Source of the DNA: Mobula hypostoma
Lineage: Eukaryota
NCBI RefSeq assembly: GCF_963921235.1
Contig: NC_086097.1
Location: 56,732,001-56,796,000 of the forward strand
Length of the DNA stretch: 64,000 nucleotides
Reading direction: 5' to 3'
Shown here one piece after another: positions 11,317 through 24,780 of the stretch (position 1 is the first letter of the stretch; each line of letters starts with the position of its first letter). The notes under the pieces are model-generated. The model ran no database searches and had not been told where the DNA came from. It saw nothing but the letters and a program-made list of their open reading frames with translations. A program made the position numbers and the translations under genes.

Positions 11317-14300
11317 AGAACATAAAACAGTACAGCATAGGAACAGGCCCTTCAGCCCATAATACTGTGCCAAACCAATTAAATGGCTAGCTAAACTAAT
11401 CCCTTCTGCCTATATAGTGTCCATACCCTTCCATTTCCCTCACATTCATGTACCTATCTGAACACATCTTGAGAGCCCCTAATGCATCTGCCTCTACCAC
11501 CACCAAAGGCTGCACATTCCAGGCACCCACAACTCTCTGTGTAAAAAACTTGCCCCTCACAGGCTCTTGCCCTTAATAGTGTACTGTGTCTTTACATTTG
11601 ACCTACAAGGTGTAACACTTCACATTTGGCCAGGTTAAATTCCATCTGCCAATTCTCCACCCATATCTGCAACTGATCTATATGCCATCATATTATTTGC
11701 CAGTCTTCTATATTATCCATAAGACCATCAATCTTGCACCCATCAATATTTTCATCTAGGTCATTTATATACATCACGAACAGCAGAGGTTCCAGTAAGG
11801 ATCCCTGTGAAACACCACTAATCACAGAACTCCAGCTAGAATAAGTCCCTTCGATCACTACTCTCTGTCTTCAATGGTCAAGCCGGTTCTGAATCCAAAC
11901 AGCCAATTCCCCATTGATCCCAAGCATCTTAATCTTCTGAATGAACCTCCCATGAGGGACCTTATCAAATGCCTTACTAAAATCCATGTAGACAACAACC
12001 ACAGCTCTACGTTCATCAATCACCCTTGTCACCTCATCAAAAAAACTCAATCAAATTAGTAAGACAGGACTTGCCCCACACAAAGCCATGCTGGTTCTCC
12101 CCAATTAGAACATGATTTTCCAAATGCTCATAAATTCTGCCCCGAAGAGTTATCTCCAAAACCATCCCTACAACTGACATGAGACTCACCAGTCTATGGT
12201 TTCCAAGATTATCCCCAATTCCCTTATTGAACACTGGAATAAAATTAGCTACTCGCCAGTCCTCTGGGACCTCACCTGTGGCTAAGAGGGCACAAAAGAT
12301 ATTGGTTAAGGCCCCAGAAATCTCTTTGCTTGCTTCCCTCAATAACTTAGGATATATCCCATCAGGCCCTGGGAACTTATCTGCCTTAATGCTCTTTCAA
12401 AGACCCAAAACTACCTCCTCCTTTACTTAACATATTAATACTCTTGTCACTGATCTCCATATCCTCCACATCCTTCTCCTTGGTAAATACTGATATAAAG
12501 TAGTCGCTAAGGATCTCAGCCACAATCTTAACTTCCAAGCAAATGTTTATCCTTGTCAATCCCTTTTAATGTTGAGTGGTCCCACCCTCTCCCTTGTTGT
12601 TCTCTTGCTCCTGATGCATGTATAGAATGCCTTGGAATCTCTTTCATCCTGCTGGCCAAGGACTTTCCATGGCCCCTCCTGGCTTTTCCAATTCCCTTCT
12701 TGAGTTCTTTTCTGACTTCTTTATAATCCTCAAGGGCTCTGTTTGATTCTAGCTCCTGAAGCTTTATATACTTTTCCTTTTTCTTCTTGACTAAATTCGT
12801 CAACTCTCTCGACGTCCAAAGTTCTATTACTTTTCCATTCTTGTCCTTCCTTCTGACTCGACCATACCTGCCCTGTGCTCTGTGCAATTGGTCTTTAAAC
12901 ACCCTCCACATGTCAGATGTGGACTTGCCCAAAAACAGATGATCCCAATTAATTCTCCCAGTTTCCTGCCAAATTCTCTTATAATTTACCCTGCTCCAGT
13001 TCATTACTCTCCTGCAATGTCCTTATCTATAGTTACCTTAAACTTAAGGAGTTGTGATCACTGTTCATCCACTGGAAGGTCAGTCACCTGGCCAGGCTCA
13101 TTACTCAACACCAGATCCAGTACAGCACCCCCTCTTGTTGGACTATCTACATACTGATTTAAGAAGTCCTCCCAGATGCACCTAACAAATTCTGCCCCAC
13201 CTAATTCTTTTGCACTAAGAAGGTCCCAGTTTATATTAGGGAAATTGCAGTCTCCTCTGACAATAACCCTATTGTCTTTACATCTTTCCTTAATCTGCCT
13301 ACATATCTCTTCCTCAATGTCCTGTGGTCTATTGATGTGTCTGTAGTACAATCCCTTAAGAGTGATTGCACCCTTCCTATTTTTGAGTTCTGCCCTTATA
13401 GACTCAAAGGAAGAGTCTTCCATTATGTCCCCTCTGAATGCAGCAGTGATATTATCCCTGATTAGCAGTACAATTCCTCCCCCCCCACCTACTCCCCGCT
13501 TCTGTTACGTCCCTCTTTGTTTTTTCTAAAACATCGTATCTCCAGATCATTAAGCATCCCTTGCTGCCCCTCTCTCAATCAAGTCCCCATAATGGCCGCA
13601 AGATCATAGCTCCATGTACTGATCCATGCTCTAAGTTCATCACCTTTACCATAATACTCCTAGCACTAAAATACACACACTTCAAACTATCTATTGCATC
13701 GAATCTATTACTTTGCTCCTGCTTATTTTTACTGGCCCTGACATCTATCTTCTTCTGCATCCCTCCTCATTCTAACCTGGTGCTTTGGTTCCCATCCCCC
13801 TGCCAAACTAGTTTAAACCCTCCCACGTAGCAGCAGTGTACCTCCCAGCTGGGATATTAGCTCTTCCAGTTTAGGCGAAACACATCCCTCTTGTACAGGT
13901 CAGCCCTGCTCCACAAGAGGTTCCAATGAACCAAGAACCTGAAACCCTGCCCCATGCACCAGTTCCTCAGTCACTCATTCATTTGTACGATCATTCTGTT
14001 CTTGCCCTGACTAGCACATGGCACCGGGAGTAATCCAGAGATTACTACTTTGGAGGTCCTGCTTTTCAACCTCTTTCCCAACTCCCCACGGTAACTGCGC
14101 AGGACCTCTTCTCTCTTTCTACCTATGACAATGATGCCAAAATGAACCACGACCTCTGGCTGCTCACCCTCCTCCTTGAGAGTATTATGTAGCCACTCCA
14201 AGACATCTGAGGTCATAGTACCTGGGAGGCAACACGTCAGCCTGGCGTCTCTTTCTCGGCCACAGAATCTCCTGTCTGCACCCCTAACTATCTAGTCTCC

Positions 14301-14435
14301 TATCACTATCACTTTGCCTGACTTTCCCTTTCCCTGCTGAGGCTCAGAGCCAGCCACAGTTTCACTGGCCTAGACACTGCTGCTGTTCTGTTAGGTCATT
14401 TCCCTAACCCCACCCTCCCCCAGCAGTACTCAAAG
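11317..14435 (-). mobile_element. CR1 LINE, long copy with ORF1 esterase region, APE endonuclease and RT, with internal deletions
   Basis: ORF1 SGNH-like EGEQPEVVVH.G...LKSRTSKVVISGLLPVP (13971-14216); APE GLYYR...GDCNFPNINW...LDLVLSNEP; RT ENQHGFVWGKSCLTNLIEFF; 3' tail at 11317. Confidence 0.88.
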
Positions 14436-15510
14436 GAAAATTCAGGGAAATTGCTTTGTGGATGCCAAATTGGTTGTCCGAAGAAGGCAGAGGGCAAGTT
14501 GTAGATAGAGTGTATTCTGCCAGGAGGAACGTGCCTAGCTGTATTCTACAGGGATCTGTTCGGCACCCCACCCCCAGCTCTTCGTGATTTCCATAAATGA
14601 CTCAGACGAGGAAGCAGAAGGGTGTGTTAGAAGGGTTGAAGATGACATGATGGTTAGTGTTGTTTTGTATAGTTCAGAAGGTTGTTATCGGTTACAGTGG
14701 GACATTGACAAGATGCAGAGAAAGGCTGAGAAGTGGAGTTCAATCCAGAGAAGTGGGATATGAGACACTTTGGGAGGTCAAACTGGATGGCAGAATACAG
14801 GGTTAATAGCAGAAATCTTAGCATGTGGAGGAACAGAGGGAAGATGGGGTCCAAGTGCTTAAAACCCTCAAAGATACCACACAAGGTAGTAAGATATTTA
14901 AGGTAGTATATAGCATGTTAGCCTTTATTAGTCAGAGGATTGAGTTCAAGAGCCACGACGTGATGATACAGACCTCGAAAACTCTGGTTGGAGTATTATG
15001 TTCAATTTTGTTCACCTTGTTATAAGAAAGATGTGGAAGTTTTAGAGAGGGTGTAGAGGAGATGTACCAGGATTAGACAGCATGTCTTATGAAGCAAAGG
15101 CTGTCTAAACTAGGGCTTTTCAGTTTTGGAGAAAAGGAAGATGAGAGGAGACTTGAGAGTTGAATAGGATGATTAAAGGCATAGAAAGAGTGGATAGCCA
15201 ACACCTTTTTTTCAGTGTGCCAATTGCTAATACAAAAGGACAAACTTTTAAGGAAATTGTTGGAAGTTGGGGATGGGGGGAGAGATGTCAGATGTAGCTT
15301 TTTTCAAACACAGAAAGTGGAAGGTGCATGGAATGCATTGCCAGGGGTGATGGTACAGTCAGATATATTGGGGATATTTAAAAAGCCCTTAGACACCTGG
15401 GTGAAAGAAAAATGGAGGGCTATGTGGGAGGGAAGCATTAGATGATCTTGGAGTAGATCGAGGTTGGCACAATATGGAGCAGCCAAAGGGCCTGTACTAA
15501 GCATCTTCTA
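14436..15510 (+). mobile_element. CR1 LINE final segment (continuation of 8495-9585 and 11242-11316)
   Basis: Resumes at GIQG..LW..NW after ggcatgggat. C-terminal FFQTQKVEGAWNALPG and 3' UTR ccaaagggcctgtact. Confidence 0.8.
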
Positions 15511-17073
15511 TGACAACAAATTTTGTGCAGCAAAAGCATAAATTAACCTATAATGAAGGAGGAGATGCTGAATGTTTGTGAGTCGGGGGTGAAAGGATTC
15601 GAAAACATTGGAGCTGCCTTTGAGTCAGTGTTGAAAGGAAGCAATATTAGGAAACAGCCTGTTCTAGTTTCTGTGGGGTAATAAAGCAAATTGCCCATTC
15701 TCCCTGAAGGGCGTAGCTACCAGCAAAATCAAGACCACCAGCTTCATCACTACTGTCTTACTGGTTCTACTATGCTGAGCCTGCCTGTAGATTGAATTGA
15801 AGGCATCATTGTTTCTCTTGCCTTTAATCTTCAGGTGGAAGGGAGATGAACAGTTGCTGACCAAGGCTTTAGTTTCCAGCAAATTACTCGGCCATGTTTC
15901 TCACTAATATGCAAGTTGTATAAATCAGTTCATTTTAAATAAAATTACGACAATGGGTTCATGTTGGAATGCTGAATCTGAATGTTCTGCTCACTTAAAA
16001 CTCGTTTGGTCATTTGGAAGTCTGGAAGGTAAAGCCTGAATGCCAAAACCTGGTCTCCGGAGATTGAAGGTCCAGAGGCCTGTCCTGGGATTCAAGGACT
16101 GTCCGTGTGTGAGGGAAGAAAGGGGCTTGCTTTGCTCTTGTTGCTTTGTTGTGTTCTACGTTGTCCTGCCGAGCATGCAGGAAGTGTGACATGCAGGAAG
16201 TGTGGCATGCAGGAAGTGTGGCAACACTAGTGGCCTGCCTCCAGCATACCCTAAGGTTGCATTGGTTGTTAACACAAATGACACATTTCACTGTATGTTT
16301 TGGTTACATGTGAATAATAAATTAATCTGAATCTGAACCTAATAATCTGTGTTGATGATCTTTGAGTATAAATACTGGCGGAGGAGTAGAATGAACAGAC
16401 CTGTTCTATAATAGAGTGCCATGCACTCACATCAAAAATGGAATGTCTCTGACGGTGTGGCACTCCCTTCATAATGGCTTTTCTGTACTCAAACTTCTGG
16501 AATGAGGCTTGACTTTATTTTTACTTAAACAGCAGCTAACGGAATCCAAATGTTTCTGCATGAATAGTTGGCCCTGAAGTGGGCATCTTTACACCCATTT
16601 CTTGCATGAAAGGAATAAGAAGTAATTTCATCCCAAATGAGTCCTTTGCTGATGGTTTATTACTTAAATTAAAAACAAGTTATGAGAACACTGGTAAATC
16701 TCTGGATGATATAGGACTGTGAAACTACGCAGTATCTGTCAACAAGTTAATAGCCTCAGGAAAAAGAAATCCGGAATTGAACTGATTTATTGTTCCCTAT
16801 AAATTGTTGACCTAACTCCTTTTCAAACATGACTGCCCTGGAGGTAACAGTTTAGAATTCTTATTTCATAATAATAATTTAGTAAGATTCCCCACAATGG
16901 ATGTGTGAATATCCATGATTTGTCAGAAAAGCTAATAAAAGGTTTCTGTTCTTTTGCACGATTTACTTGTAATTTATAGTAATTTATTTTTATGTTTTGC
17001 CCTGCACTGCTGCCACAAAACAGCACATTTCATGGCCTATGTCAGTGAAAATAAACATAATTCTGATGCTGAT

Positions 17074-18961
17074 CACAAGACAAAGGAGCAGAAGTAGGCC
17101 ATTCAGCCCATCGAGTCTGCTCCGTAGCTCCCCCATGAGCTAAACTATTCACCTATCTAGTTCCAATTTCCGGCTTTTTCCCCATATCCCTTGATACCCT
17201 GATTAATTAGATACCTGTCAATCTCCTCCTTAAACACCCTCAATGATCGGGCCTCCACAGCTGTATGTGGCAACGAATTCCACAAATCCACAACTCTCTG
17301 GCTAAAAAAATTTCTCCTCATCTCTGTTTTAACTGGGCACCCTCTAATTCTAAGACTATGGCCTCTTGTCCTGGACTCACTCACCAAGGGAAACAACCTT
17401 TCCACATCTACTCTGTCCAACCCTTTCAACATTCGAATTGTTTCTATGAGATCCCCTCATTCTTCTATACTCTAATGAATACAATCCAAGAGCCGACAAA
17501 CGCTCCTCAGATGTTAGCCCCTGCATTCCAGGAATCGTCCTCGTAAATCTTCTCTGAACTCTCTCCAACATCAGTACATCCTTTCTAAGATAGGGGACCA
17601 AAACTGCACACGGTATTCCAAATGAGGTCTCACTAATGCCCCATAGAGCCTCATCAACACCTCCTTACTCTTATACACTATTCCTCTTGAAATGAATGCC
17701 AACATAGCATTCGCTTTCCTTACCGCCGATCCAACTTGGTGGTTAACCCTTAGGGTATCCTGCACGGGGACCCCCAAGTCCCTTTGTACTTCCAATTTTT
17801 GAAATTTCTCCCCATCTAAATAATAATCTGCCCGATTATTTCTTCTTCCGAAATGTACAACCGTACATTTGTCAACGTTGTATCTCATCTGCCATTTCTT
17901 TGCCCACTCACCTAAACTGACTAAGTCTCTCTGCAACCTTTCCGTTTCTTCAACATTTCCTGCTCCTCCACCTATCTTGGTGTCATCCGCAAACTTAGCC
18001 ACAAAACCATTTAATCCATAATACAAATCATCGGTATACATCGTAAAAAGAAGCGGCTCCAACACCGACCCCTGTGGAACACCACTAGTAACCAGCAACC
18101 AATCAGAATAGGATCCCTTTATTCCCACCCTTTGCTTTCTGCCTATCAGCTAATGCTCCACCCATTCCAATATCTTTCCTGTAATTCCACGGGCTCTCAT
18201 CTTATTAAGTAGCCTCATATGTGGCACCTTATCGAAGGCCTTTTGAAAATCTAAATACACAACATCCACAACCTCTCCCTTGTCAATCTTATTTGAGATT
18301 ACCTCAAAAAATTCCAATAGGTTGGTGAGGCACAATCTTCCCTTCATGAAACCATGCTGGCTTCGGCCTATCTTGTCATGCACCTCGAGATATTTCATAA
18401 CCTCGTCCTTCAGGATTGACTCCAATATATTTCCAACTACCGATGTCAGACTAATAGGTCTGTAATTTTCTTTTTGCTGCCTCCTTCCTTTCTTAAATAG
18501 CTGAACTACATTTGCGACCTTCCAGTCCTCCGGAACCATGCCAGAGTCTATTGATTCCTGGAAGATCATTTCCAATGCTTCCGCAATCTCCAAAGCCACC
18601 TCCTTCAGAACCCTTGGGTGCACCTCATCCGGACCGGGAGACTTATCTATTCTTAGTCCACTTAGCTTCCCAAGCACTTTCTCTCTATTAATCTTGACTG
18701 TGCCTAACTCTATTCCCTGATACCTCTGGCGATCAGGTATATTGCTCATGTCTTCCACTGTGAAGACTGATGCAAAATACTCATCCAGTTCCTCCGCCAT
18801 TTCTTTGTTATCCATTATAATTTCTCCGGCATCATTTTCAATCGGTCCCGTATCTACCCTTGTCACTCTTTTACTCTTCATAGATTTTAAAAAACTCTTA
18901 GTATCCTTTTTTATGTTAATCGCCAACTTCCTTTCATAATTCATCTTTTCTTTCCTAATGA
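17074..18961 (-). mobile_element. CR1 LINE, 5'-truncated, relatively young
   Basis: Long RT ORF pieces (264 aa, 185 aa, 91 aa) with few disablements and many intact CpGs; full 3' UTR. Confidence 0.95.
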
Positions 18962-19929
18962 CTGATGCATTATAAGATTTTGCAATGGATAGTCGCTAAT
19001 TGTGCTGGCTGAATTAATGATGTGATTCATTATTAATCACGCACAAGATGTCAATTTGTAACTATGTTTATATACATTTTAGTGGCAAATTTGTGCAGCC
19101 ACGTTAGTAACCAAATATAGTTACATAGTTACTGTCTATTACAGGGGAATGACGAAACGTAAAGTGCAACTGAATTCAGCAAGAGACCTAACTAACTATG
19201 CCACTGATCTGATTAACATCTGCTTTTATATCTTTCATTACACCTTTTATGCTGCAGACAGGAATATTCAAACCTTCTGATAACTCCTTTGTTAATGTCA
19301 AGCTGGCAAGAGAATTTCAATGTCAGACTGCAAAACAATATGTCACTGTGATAAAAAGGGATTAACTTGATGGCCAACGTAAACCTGCCACGAATTCTTT
19401 CTCGTCCAAGTGATCAACAGCTTGAGCTGGTGCCTGGAAGCAATGGAGTGTCTGATCCTGCATCCTCAGGGGGATTGTCCTCCGAGGACATGCTTTCTGT
19501 GATGAATTAATGGGGGAAGAGATGCGAGGAAAGTTGCCCGGGAGACACGAGGGAAAAACAGCAGTAGCAACTCTACCTCTCACTGACGTTCTGTCCGGAT
19601 GGTTCCAGAAAACATGGTGAATATTTAATCTTATTCAGCTCAGCACAATTGGAATGCATGTGAGGACTTTAGTTGGTCTTTGATTGTATAATTTGGCATT
19701 TAAATAGAAGTATTCAAATGTACCATCACGATTAATAAAACTAACGTGGAAGGAGCCCAGAGAGGGCCCCACCACATGGGAAGTCTTTGACAGTTCTGTA
19801 ATTTGTGGGAAATCGGTGGCCCAAGGTAACATATTTCATAATTAATGATTCATCCAGATTTTTAGCAGAAGTACAGGCATGTATGGGAATGGAATTGACA
19901 TAGTGAAGTCACCCAACTGTTGGTTTTTG

Positions 19930-20150
19930 TTCAGAATCAGAGTCAAGTTTATTGTCATTGACACTGGTTGTGAAATGTGTCGTTTTGTTGCAGTGCAGGC
20001 ATAACAAGTTACTGTGTTGCCATCAATCAATAACAAATAGTGCAAAAGAGGAAGAGCAAGGTATTCATGGGGTTATGCATTCGTGGGCCATTCAGAAATC
20101 TCATTGCAGACGGGATGAAACTGTTCCTGAAACATTGAGTGTTTCAGGAT
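19930..20150 (-). mobile_element. Rex1/Babar-type LINE 3' end
   Basis: tcagaatcagagtcaagtttatt tail plus gaaatgtgtcgttttgttgcagtg, matching the end of the 48473 element. Confidence 0.6.
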
Positions 20151-20217
20151 ACTTAACAGAGGAAATGATTTTTTTTTTCTTAGTTGTTACACTAGCCGTG
20201 GGTTTTCTAGATTTATG

Positions 20218-21170
20218 TGCAGAGTCAGAATCATCAAGCACTACAACACAGAAACAGACCCTCTGCCCATCTAGCAGGTTAAGTCCTAATCTATTCAAAC
20301 TTTCTTACCACTCAGGTCTTGGCGACAACCTTGTAGATTTTCTCTGGACTTCTTCAATCTTAATGATATCTTTCTAGTAGGTAGGTGGCCTGAACTGCAC
20401 ACGATATTCCAAATTTGGTCTCACCAGCATCTCCCACAGCTTCAAAATAACTCCCAACTCCTGTACTCAATTATCTGATTCTTGAAGGCCAATGTGCCAA
20501 AAACTCTCTTAATTAACCTATCTACCTTTGACCACCACTTTCAAAAAATTATAAATCAGTATTCCCAGAACCTTTGTTCTACCACACTCCTCAGTGTCCT
20601 ACTGTTCACTGTATATGTCCTACCCTGGCTTGTCCTCTCAAAATTCAACATCTTAAACTTATCTGCATTACATTTTGTCTGTCAGTTTCTAGTCAATTGT
20701 TCCAGCTGGCCCAGATCGCACTGCAAGATTTGATAGCCTTCCTCTTTGGTCACTATGCTCCCAACTTGGTGTCATCTATAGATCTGTTGATCCAATTTAC
20801 CTCATTACTTTCCAAATCACTAATATAGACAACAAACAACAACAGTCCGAGCACCGATCTCTATGCCAACCGTCTACTACTACTCTCTACCTTCTCCCTC
20901 TAAGACAATATTGAATCCAATTTACTATTTCATCCTGAATGCCAAGTGACTGAACTTTCTGGACCAGCACCCCATGTGGAACTTTGTGAAAGGCTGTAAA
21001 GGTCACGTAGACAACATCCACTGTTTTTATTTCATAAACCTTCCTGGTAACCTCCTCCATAAACTCTCTAAGATTGGTTGGACATGACCTACCATGCACT
21101 AAGCCGTGTTGACTGTTCCTAATCAGGCCCTGTCTACCCAAATACTGATACGTTCTGTCCCTTAATATAC
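20218..21170 (-). mobile_element. CR1 LINE fragment
   Basis: GLIRNSQHGLVHGRSCPTNLREF...AFHKVPHG. Confidence 0.85.
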
Positions 21171-21774
21171 GCCCAACTTATAAAAATTCACAGAAAGTTC
21201 TCTTTTGACGGGTCTGTCTATGTTGGTTACAGAATAAACCCTCTGCATCCTATTCTCCTGTCTCAGAGCAGAGCCTCCATCCTTTTTCAGTCTTTTTTAA
21301 GTACTGAGGCCTGGAAAAAACTATTTACCCTTATTTTCTATCCAAAAATAGAGTCCTTAACCCAAGTCAGCAATGACCACTAATGAGTTCAGATGAACTG
21401 TACAGCTGGAGCTGTAGAAATATCAATAGCTACTAGAATTCTCAATGATGCTCTATTGTCTGCATGTTAGTTTCTATTATGCTGATGCTTAGCCCTTGTG
21501 TCAAAGTGAATTAGATGTACTGCACTCTGAATTATGATCTCAGTGATCTAGTAAAAGTTTCCATAGATGTCCTATTAGATGAAGTTCAGTGCTTTAAACA
21601 AACTTATGACATAGGATTTCATACCTTGTTTACCTATACTGATGTGGGCAGAACTGATTGCCTTGGCTTTGAGCTTGTAACTTCTTCAGTAAAACATCTT
21701 TCATACAAAGAGTTCATACTTAAGGTCTTCTGGAGATCTGTGTGCATTGCTGAAATTTTATGTCGCACTTTTTG

Positions 21775-22575
21775 AGGTTCAAAGGTTCGTTTATTATCAA
21801 AGTATACAACTCTGAAATTCTTCCTCTCCAGATAGCCAGAAAACCAAGAAGGAAAAGAACGGCAGCACAGTCATCAACCTCCAAAATCCCCCCTCCCAGC
21901 ACAAAACAAATGAAGAAAAATGGAACAGGCACATCAACCCGCCCCCCCCAACACCCAAAACTCCCACCCCCACACACAAAAAAAACAAAAAAGATCAAGT
22001 GCAAAACACAGATTATAAAATAAACTATAAGATTGAAAAAAGGTCCGTAGTCCAAGTCCATATCCAAAACGCAGTAAACCTGGGCAACATTCTACAGGCA
22101 CAGTAGCAGCCCCTCCCCTCTCCGACAGCAGAACAATCCCACCAGTGATCAAAAGGCCGTCTCCCCTCTCCAGCAGCAGAACAATCCCACCAGCAATCAA
22201 AAGGAAGTCTCCCATGTCCCATAGCAGAGCGATCCCACCTGAGATCAAAAGGCCATCTCCCTTCTTTGGCAGCAGAGTGATCCCACCAGAGATCAAAAGG
22301 CAGGCAGCCAGCGCTCACCTTTTGCATTCACCTTGATGTTTCAATCTCCCTTGTTATTTTAATCAGTGCACAATGGAAGTTTCAATCGACGAAATGGAGT
22401 CAAACATCAGCTTGTGCCCCATTCTGCAGCCTTCTCACCACAAGGTCCATGCTCGCTGCCTCTGTCTCCCAGGATCCTCGTGGAGACTGTGGAGTGCTGA
22501 AACACCCAAACGATCTCCAAACTGCAAATCACAGGCTCCAACAATTCCAGAATCACATTCAAGATGAAAAACAAA
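21775..22575 (-). mobile_element. Unclassified non-LTR retroposon 3' portion with an internal 48-bp tandem array (about 4 copies, 22110-22300)
   Basis: (TTGAACCT)-type tail after aataaa on the minus strand; the same end recurs near 28670 and 61935. Unit tcccaccagtgatcaaaaggccgtctcccctctccagcagcagaacaa. Confidence 0.6.
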
Positions 22576-23326
22576 TGTAAAAGGTGCACCTTTTCAAAAT
22601 AATACATCATTTTCTTTGCCTCCAAACTATATATGTTTGTGTATATATGATTGTGTACATGTGTATGAGTATTAACCATTCTTCAAAGTTGCTTCAGGGT
22701 GCAGACTCCAATGTCCAAAAACCTAGAAGTGCATTTTTTTCAGCTTACCATTCATTACAGCATGGCCTCAAGTCATAAACTCTATGAATTATTACTGTAC
22801 AATACTCTACTTGCCTCCCAGCAGAAATAACAATTGTACACTTGGATTCAGACTACAAAACATGAGCACAGAAATTGTAATGCAGAGGTAGGTCCAACCA
22901 CAGAATGTGGCAACCAAAATGTAGGTGTCCTCAAATAAGTCATGTTACAGTAAAATTCCAATCTTTTTGCCTATTCCCACTACTTACCATAAAAATTGAA
23001 GGCAGTCAACTTCTTCCTATCAACATGACATTAAAATAGAAGGAACCAAATAGATCAAAATACCTCATTATGCACTATATTAGTGTATGACCTAAAAAAT
23101 GGGACAGGCCCGTGCCATGCAAACTCACATGATTTTGTAGATTAAAATGGTCAAATCAATATTCATTTAGATTTAAATTACTCTTTTTTAATGTACTGTA
23201 TATCTTCTGTATGTCAGGAAATGCATTGTAAGTGCCTGCTGTTCAACTGCAGATCATCAGCCTGCTGTAAAATTGTTTAATAATAGCATTTAAATAGTGA
23301 CTCACAGTAAAGGTATATTTTCTTAC

Positions 23327-23551
23327 CAAGAATGTTAGTACCTTGGTCATGCTGGTTCCATTCAAAGGAATCCGGAAGCTGATATGACATCTCCATCATT
23401 TTGGTCAAGTTTCTGTTGCCTCTTATGGAACCTCCAGGTGTTATATATGACAGTGAAGGTACCTCGGTATCATAATCCATACTGTCCTCATCGATATCAA
23501 TGTCTTCATCTTCATCCTCATCATCTTCCTCATCTTCATTATCTTCTTCCT
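23327..23551 (-). CDS. ARMH4: ARMH4-like coding exon (225 nt, phase 1-1): acidic tract plus conserved juxtamembrane motif
   Basis: Acceptor attttgtag|AG, donor CTTG|gtaaga. Reads EEEDNEDEEDDEDEDED...DTEVP...SYQLPDSFEWNQHDQG. This resembles the poly-D/E...DTELP...YQVPDALEWEQQNQG segment I recall from mammalian ARMH4. Confidence 0.85.
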
Positions 23552-23807
23552 CTACAAAATGGATAAAGAAATGTAAAAGGCAATTCAACCAGCATTGAAG
23601 CGTTATTTAAAATGGATGTGACCTGCTACTTTCAGAGTAAAATGCACTTTTAAATGAGCATTAAATCTCATAACTTTTTTATCCATATCTTCTATGATTA
23701 TTATCCAACTGCAGCCCATATGACAAAAAACAGGGCCAGTATGTCAATTTTTCCCCACATATTACATTTAATAAAACTACAGTGCATTTGATCAGTTGTA
23801 TTCATAA

Positions 23808-24207
23808 GATCATAAACCACAAGACATTTAGAAACATAATTAAGTCCTGCCTTCTCCTTGTAACCCTTAACAATCAAGAACTTCTCAATTTCTGCCTTAA
23901 ATATACCCAGTTACTTGGCCTCCACAGCTTTCTTTGGCAATGACTTCCACAGGTTCACCAACCACTGGCTGAAGAAATTCCTCCTCATCTCAGTTTTAAG
24001 GTTGCATTGCCTTATTCTGAGGCTATGTCCTTAGGTTCTGGACTCTCCTGCTAATGGAATCATGCTTTCCACATCCACTCTAACCAGGCCTTTCGATGAG
24101 ATCCCCCTCATCATTCTGAACTCCGTTGAGTACAGGTCCAGAGTCACCAAACACTCCTCCTATGTTAAGCCTTTCAATCTAGGATCATTGTTGGAAACCT
24201 CTTCTGG
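23808..24207 (-). mobile_element. CR1 LINE 3' fragment
   Basis: Reverse complement of the RRNFFSQ.VVNLW region and tail. Confidence 0.8.
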
Positions 24208-24249
24208 GCCGGCACATCAACTGTAGTGATGATTAAGATTTTGCAAGTT

Positions 24250-24780
24250 GATTCATGGTGGTTTGCGCATTAGGCTTCTGCACCATATGCCCAATGGTAA
24301 CTGTGAAAAGATGGCATGGGCTGGATGGTGGGGATCTTTGATGATGGATGTTGCCTCCTTGACGTGGTGCCTCCTGTCAACACTGCCGAATGAGCCAGTG
24401 GAGCATTGGGAAGAGCCCACTGGTCACGACAGCTTCTTACATTCCTGCATGTTCAAATTGCCGTACCAGACCATGATGCGACCAGTCAGGATACTTTCTT
24501 TATAAATCTTCTAGAGTGTTCGGTGACAAGCTGAACCTCCCTAACCGCCTAAAAAAATTAGTGATGCTGTTGAGTTTTCCCCATAATTTCATGGGTCCAG
24601 GACAGTTCATCCAATGTGTTAGTGCCTAGGAATGTAAAGCTGCTGACGCTCTGCACCATCCATCCCTCAGAGTAGACAAGCACATGTTCATCTTCCTTCC
24701 CCTTCCTCGATAAAAAAAAAGCTCTTTAGTTTTGATGACATTGAGATTATGATTGTTGTTCAGCACCATTCCACAGGTTA
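24250..24780 (-). mobile_element. Rex1/Babar-type LINE fragment, decayed
   Basis: gggatctttgatgatggatgttgcctcc matches the 48473-51040 family. Confidence 0.65.

Noticed and set aside
17157..18944. Active reverse transcriptase gene
   Set aside because: 5'-truncated, no endonuclease domain, and contains stop and frameshift lesions.
21630..21750. Candidate alternative exon AMHTDLQKTL...PTSV-stop
   Set aside because: Weak acceptor next to a retroposon tail and no similarity to expected ARMH4 sequence.
21934..22296. Hydrophobic 16-aa repeat protein
   Set aside because: Translation of the 48-bp tandem array inside a repeat.
1..23326. ARMH4 transmembrane and cytoplasmic exons
   Set aside because: Not found by scanning the unique intervals; probably outside the window, though a ~32-nt exon could have been missed.
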